In this document: positions 59,592 through 64,000 of the stretch, in pieces
How the letters are laid out: every line of letters begins with the position of its first letter
How positions within the stretch are numbered: position 1 is the first letter of the stretch
Source: Gammaproteobacteria bacterium
GTDB taxonomy: Bacteria > Pseudomonadota > Gammaproteobacteria > JBCCGL01
Reading direction: 5' to 3'
Assembly (NCBI GenBank): GCA_965277715.1
Contig: OZ255836.1
Span: forward strand, 3,296,001-3,360,000
Length of the DNA: 64,000 nucleotides
The notes under the pieces: generated by a model
Databases searched by the model: none
Told to the model about the DNA's origin: nothing
Seen by the model: the letters and a program-made list of their open reading frames with translations, nothing else
Program-made: the position numbers and the translations under genes

Positions 59592-60810
59592 CAGGGTGAG
59601 ACCAAGAAACACTTGTAAGAGAAATGTATTGGGGGAGTGGAAAATCACGAATATAGGAAAAATAACAGAAACAGTTACAAGTGGCTCGCGTGATTGGGCA
59701 AAATACTATTCATCTCAAGGCAGTAAATTCATACGAATGACCAACTTAAATAGAAATGGTATTAAGTTATTGCTACATGATTTAAAGTATGTTGACGTTC
59801 AGGGCAATTCATCTGACGGAAAACGCACATCCTTAAAAGCAGGTGATGTTCTTATATCAATTACTGCGGAATTAGGAAAAATTGGCTATGTGCCAGACTC
59901 ATTGGGAGAGGCGTATATCAATCAACATATTGCATTGCTAAGATTTCAAAAAAGTAAAGCTATATCGCGCTATATTGCTTATTTATTATCATCTAAACGA
60001 GTCAACTATTTAATTAATACATTGAATGACTCTGGTGTTAAAGCCGGTTTAAATTTAACCACTATTAAAAGTATTAATATTTATTTGCCTCCTGTAATAG
60101 AACAACAAAAAATCGCAAAAATACTCACCACCTGGGACCAGGCAATTACTACCACTGAGCATTTGATCGCCAATAGTCAAAAACAGAAAAAAGCGTTGAT
60201 GCGGCAGTTATTATTAGGGGGAAGGCGCTTTCCCAATTCTAAAGAAAAATGGCAAAAACATAAACTCAAGAAAATTGCAGATATAAAAAAAGGGAAATCA
60301 CTTAGTAGAAAAAGAATTGAAGTTGGCATATATGCTGTAATAGCAGGTGGAAAAACTAGTCCATATGCTCATTCACAGTATACAGATGAAAATGTAATCA
60401 CTATTAGCGCCAGTGGCGCGTATGCAGGGTATGTTGCATACCATAATTACAAAATATGGGCTTCAGATTGCTCAGTAGCAAAAGCAAAAGAAGGCTCTTG
60501 TACAAAATTTATTTATTATTTTCTAAAAATGATACAAAAAAACATATACTTTATGCAAAGCAGAGGTGTTCAACCACACGTTTACCCAAAGGATTTGCAT
60601 GCAATTGAATTGAAAGTACCAAGCTTAAAAGAACAACAAAAAATCGCATCAGTGCTAACCTGCACTGACAAAAAAATCGAAACGCTGCAACAGAAGCTAG
60701 ATTACTTAAAACAACAAAAACAATCCCTAATGCAACAATTGCTCACTGGTAAACGCCGGGTGCAAATTGACCCTTCTGGCAGCTATCAGCAACAGGTTGC
60801 CTGCGACTAA
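59581..60810 (+). CDS. hsdS: Type I R-M specificity subunit
   Basis: Two TRDs with PPVIEQQKIA and PSLKEQQKIA spacers, LMQQLLTG. Confidence 0.94.
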   Translation: MGINRVRPRNTCKRNVLGEWKITNIGKITETVTSGSRDWAKYYSSQGSKFIRMTNLNRNGIKLLLHDLKYVDVQGNSSDGKRTSLKAGDVLISITAELGKIGYVPDSLGEAYINQHIALLRFQKSKAISRYIAYLLSSKRVNYLINTLNDSGVKAGLNLTTIKSINIYLPPVIEQQKIAKILTTWDQAITTTEHLIANSQKQKKALMRQLLLGGRRFPNSKEKWQKHKLKKIADIKKGKSLSRKRIEVGIYAVIAGGKTSPYAHSQYTDENVITISASGAYAGYVAYHNYKIWASDCSVAKAKEGSCTKFIYYFLKMIQKNIYFMQSRGVQPHVYPKDLHAIELKVPSLKEQQKIASVLTCTDKKIETLQQKLDYLKQQKQSLMQQLLTGKRRVQIDPSGSYQQQVACD

Positions 60811-63800
60811 TGCATACGCCTCTACTGCCCAGGTTTGAAGAGGAATACAGCGCCAAGCTCCCGGCGCTGATGCTGTTGCAAACGCTGGGCTGGGCGTATC
60901 TCTCGCCTCGGCAGGCACTGGCGGCACGCCAGGGTAAAACCCGCCAGGTGGTGCTGCGCGATAGTTTGCGCACGCAATTGCAGCAGCGGCGCTTTTTGTA
61001 CGCCGGTCAGCTTTATCCGTTTTCTACCGATACCATCGAAAAGGCCATTGATACGCTGTGCGCGCCCGCGCTCAATGAGGGCTTGCCCCACGCCAACGAA
61101 AAACTGACCAACCATTTGCTGTACGGCATGGCGGTGCGCGAGTTTGTCGATGGGCGAAAGCTGAGCCCGACGTTGGCGGTTATCGATTGGGAGGAACCTG
61201 AAAATAATCAGTTTTATATAACCGAGGAGTTTACCGTGCAACGCCACCACGGGGTGGAAACGCGGCGGCCGGATATCGTTTGTTTTGTCAATGGTTTGCC
61301 GCTGGCGGTGATCGAGGCAAAGCGGCCAGACGGCTATAGCCAACGCCAGGCGACGGTTGACGAGGGTATTTCACAGCAATTGCGCAATCAACGCCCGGAT
61401 GAAATTCCGGCGCTGTTTGCCTACGCGCAATTATTGCTGTCGATCAACGGTGTTGATGGCCGCTACGCCACGCTGGGCACGGCGAAAAAATTCTGGGCGC
61501 CGTGGCAAGAGCAAACCTTGAGTGAGGCGCAACTACACACGTTAAAAAACACCCCGCTAACAGCCGAGGCGAAAACGGCGCTACTGGCGGAGCGCCCGGC
61601 AGCGGCGCAGGATTGGTATACCCAGCTCACGCAGGGCGGGGCGCTGAAGGTCAGCGGGCAGGATCGTTTGTTGATCGGTGTGTTGTCACCGCAGCGTTTG
61701 CTGGAAATGGTGCGCTTTTACACGCTGTTTGATCAACACAAGGGCAAGATGGTGGCGCGCTACCCGCAGGTGCAGGCGGTTAAGGCGGTATTGGCGCAGA
61801 TCGACACCCCCGCCACGCAGCAACGAACGGCCCGCCAGGGTGGGGTGATTTGGCATACCACTGGCTCTGGTAAATCTCTGACGATGGTGTTTTTGTGCAA
61901 GGCGTTAATTTTGCACGAGACCTTAAAGCAATGCCGGATTTTGCTGGTGACCGACCGCACCGATCTGGAAAAACAACTCAGCGAGACATTTAAGGCCACC
62001 GGCGAGCTGAGCGGCAAGCAGGCGAAGTACAACGCCATCGCACGCACGGGTAGGCAATTGGCCGAGGCGATTAGTCACGGCAATCAGCGCGTGATGTTTT
62101 CGATGATTCACAAGTTTGTGAGCGCGGCAAAAGCCAGGGATTGCTATAACGATACACGCGATTTGGTAGTGCTGGTCGATGAGGGCCATCGCTCACAGGG
62201 TGGCTTGAATTACTTGCATATGCGGCGCGTATTGCCAAACGCCGCTTTTATTGCCTATACCGGCACGCCGCTATTAAAAGACAGCGAGACCACGCACAGC
62301 TTTGGCCCCATTGTGCATGCCTACACCATGCGGCAGGCGGAGCAAGACGGCGCGGTAACGCCGCTGTTGTACGAAGAGCGCAAGCCAACCTTGTCGGTTA
62401 ATGAGCAGGCAATCGACAATCGATTCGAGGCGATGACGGCCAGGCTGACGCCGAGGCAAAAAGGCCAGTTAAAAAAACAATACGCCCGCAAGGGCTATGT
62501 GTATGGCGCGCAAGACCGTATCCAGTTGATCGCCTACGATATTGCCAATCATTTGGATGACCATATCGATCAGGGGCTAAAAGGCCAATTGGCGTGTGAC
62601 AGCAAGCTTTCGGCGGTGCGGTATAAGCAGGCGCTGGATGAATGCGGGTTGTTTGACTCGGCGATTGTGATGTCGGCACCGGATAGCCGCGAGGGAAATA
62701 TAGCCGTGGATGAATCTGCCATACCCGAGGTGACCCAGTGGTGGCGGAAGACCGTTGGCACGCAGCATGAAAAAGCCTATACCGACGGTGTTATCGAGCG
62801 CTTTGATAAGGACGATACTTTAAAGCTGGTGATTGTGGTCGATAAGCTATTAACGGGGTTCGATGAACCCAAAAACGCCGTGCTGTATATCGATAAGCCG
62901 TTAAAGGCGCACAATTTAATTCAGGCGATTGCCCGGGTTAACCGTTTGCACACAAAAAAGGAGTTTGGTTATTTAATCGACTATCGCGGTATTTTGGCAG
63001 AGCTGGATACCACCATCGCGAAATATCAGGATTTGGCCGATCAAACCCAGGGCGGGTTTTATATTGCGGATATTCAAGGCTTGTATCGGCGTATGCAGCT
63101 TGAGTATCGACGCTTGCCCGATTTGCACCAGGCGCTCTGGGCCATTTTTGCCGGGGTTAATAACACGGCCGATATTGAACAGTTGCGGGCGGTATTGGTG
63201 CCCAGGCTCGTCTCGCGCAATGGGCGCTCGGTGGATAGCCATCTGGAAGTGCGCGAGGCGTTTTACGCGGCGCTGGATGATTTTGCCCGGTGTTTAAAAG
63301 TGGCTTCGCAGTCGGCGGACTATTACACGGATAGTCGTTTTACTGAGCGGGATAGGCAGCACTACCACGAGACCCTTAAACAGTTCTCTTTTCTGCGCCG
63401 CTGCGTTAAGGCGGATGCCAACGAATCGGTGGATTACGATGCGTTCGATAACAAGTTTAAAAAACTGATGGATCAGCATGTGGTTGGGCTGGGCGTGGCG
63501 CAACCGGAGGGGGTGTACGAGGTGAATAAGCTGGGCCAGGGGCGGCTGGATCAAGGTGCGCCGACGAGTTGGCCCCCCGAAAAAACCCGCAATGAAACCG
63601 ATATTATTCGCACCCGTGTGACGCGCACCATCGAGCAGCAACTGCGCGATGACCCTTACGCGCAGGCGGTATTTTCTGAATTATTACTGCAAGTGATTAA
63701 AGATGCCGAGGCACTTTTTGAGTCCCCACTAAAGCAGTATTTATTATTCCGCACCTTTGAAGAAAACGTAACCCGGCGTGCGCTAGACGATATACCGGCA

Positions 63801-64000
63801 GTGTTGTCATCGAATAAACCGGCGCAGGCGTATTTTGGGGTGTTTAAATTGCATTATCAGCACCCAGACGATGAGGTTATCACCCGTTGGATTGCCTTGG
63901 CCGAGCAGATCGACGCAACGGTAAAAGAGGTGGTGGCAACGTTTTCGATCAACCCCGAAGTGATGGAGATGACTATCCGTCAGCAATTATTGGCGGTGCT
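60810..64000 (+). CDS. hsdR: Type I R-M restriction subunit (runs off window end)
   Basis: ATG overlaps hsdS stop; RPDIVCFVNGLPLAVIEAK, WHTTGSGKS, LVDEGHR, LLTGFD, IQAIARVNR. Confidence 0.95.
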   Translation, partial: MHTPLLPRFEEEYSAKLPALMLLQTLGWAYLSPRQALAARQGKTRQVVLRDSLRTQLQQRRFLYAGQLYPFSTDTIEKAIDTLCAPALNEGLPHANEKLTNHLLYGMAVREFVDGRKLSPTLAVIDWEEPENNQFYITEEFTVQRHHGVETRRPDIVCFVNGLPLAVIEAKRPDGYSQRQATVDEGISQQLRNQRPDEIPALFAYAQLLLSINGVDGRYATLGTAKKFWAPWQEQTLSEAQLHTLKNTPLTAEAKTALLAERPAAAQDWYTQLTQGGALKVSGQDRLLIGVLSPQRLLEMVRFYTLFDQHKGKMVARYPQVQAVKAVLAQIDTPATQQRTARQGGVIWHTTGSGKSLTMVFLCKALILHETLKQCRILLVTDRTDLEKQLSETFKATGELSGKQAKYNAIARTGRQLAEAISHGNQRVMFSMIHKFVSAAKARDCYNDTRDLVVLVDEGHRSQGGLNYLHMRRVLPNAAFIAYTGTPLLKDSETTHSFGPIVHAYTMRQAEQDGAVTPLLYEERKPTLSVNEQAIDNRFEAMTARLTPRQKGQLKKQYARKGYVYGAQDRIQLIAYDIANHLDDHIDQGLKGQLACDSKLSAVRYKQALDECGLFDSAIVMSAPDSREGNIAVDESAIPEVTQWWRKTVGTQHEKAYTDGVIERFDKDDTLKLVIVVDKLLTGFDEPKNAVLYIDKPLKAHNLIQAIARVNRLHTKKEFGYLIDYRGILAELDTTIAKYQDLADQTQGGFYIADIQGLYRRMQLEYRRLPDLHQALWAIFAGVNNTADIEQLRAVLVPRLVSRNGRSVDSHLEVREAFYAALDDFARCLKVASQSADYYTDSRFTERDRQHYHETLKQFSFLRRCVKADANESVDYDAFDNKFKKLMDQHVVGLGVAQPEGVYEVNKLGQGRLDQGAPTSWPPEKTRNETDIIRTRVTRTIEQQLRDDPYAQAVFSELLLQVIKDAEALFESPLKQYLLFRTFEENVTRRALDDIPAVLSSNKPAQAYFGVFKLHYQHPDDEVITRWIALAEQIDATVKEVVATFSINPEVMEMTIRQQLLAV

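Noticed and set aside
60822-63641. Several minus-strand ORFs
   Set aside because: Shadows of hsdR, which is missing from the ORF track because it has no stop in the window
1-64000. CRISPR array, tRNA or rRNA genes
   Set aside because: No regularly spaced repeats with unique spacers and no recognisable structural RNA seen; the TGACCCC motifs are irregularly spaced and in both orientations

Overview
Gammaproteobacterial chromosomal window with two parts. Positions 1 to about 39.8 kb are mostly core genes (dsbB, uppP, folK/folB, rpmB/rpmG, yggS-proC-yggT, dusB-fis, aroQ-accBC-prmA, argD-argF). They also contain tandem Rpn nuclease genes, an MMPL/LolA-like/outer-membrane triad, a bufferin-type (DUF2282-DUF692-DUF2063) RiPP operon with an ECF sigma/anti-sigma pair, and a small MITE family. 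From about 39.8 kb to the end is a rearranged defence/accessory island. It holds a 2.86-kb direct duplication (ligase/H-NOX/kinase), IS4 and IS1595 remnants, an integrase-less integron-like array (attI-like site, 2 attC sites, TIR and DUF262+HEPN cassettes), a Y1/HUH (RAYT-like) transposase gene bounded by 19-bp inverted repeats, a duplicated GmrSD-like gene, dead toxin-antitoxin modules and a type I R-M locus. The strongest unexplained signal is that most duplication and truncation breakpoints between 42.6 and 53.9 kb sit a few bases outside the TGACCCC+T-tract end motif of that Y1 element, suggesting an HUH-driven local rearrangement/gene-copying system. All family calls come from motif recognition by eye; no database searches were run.
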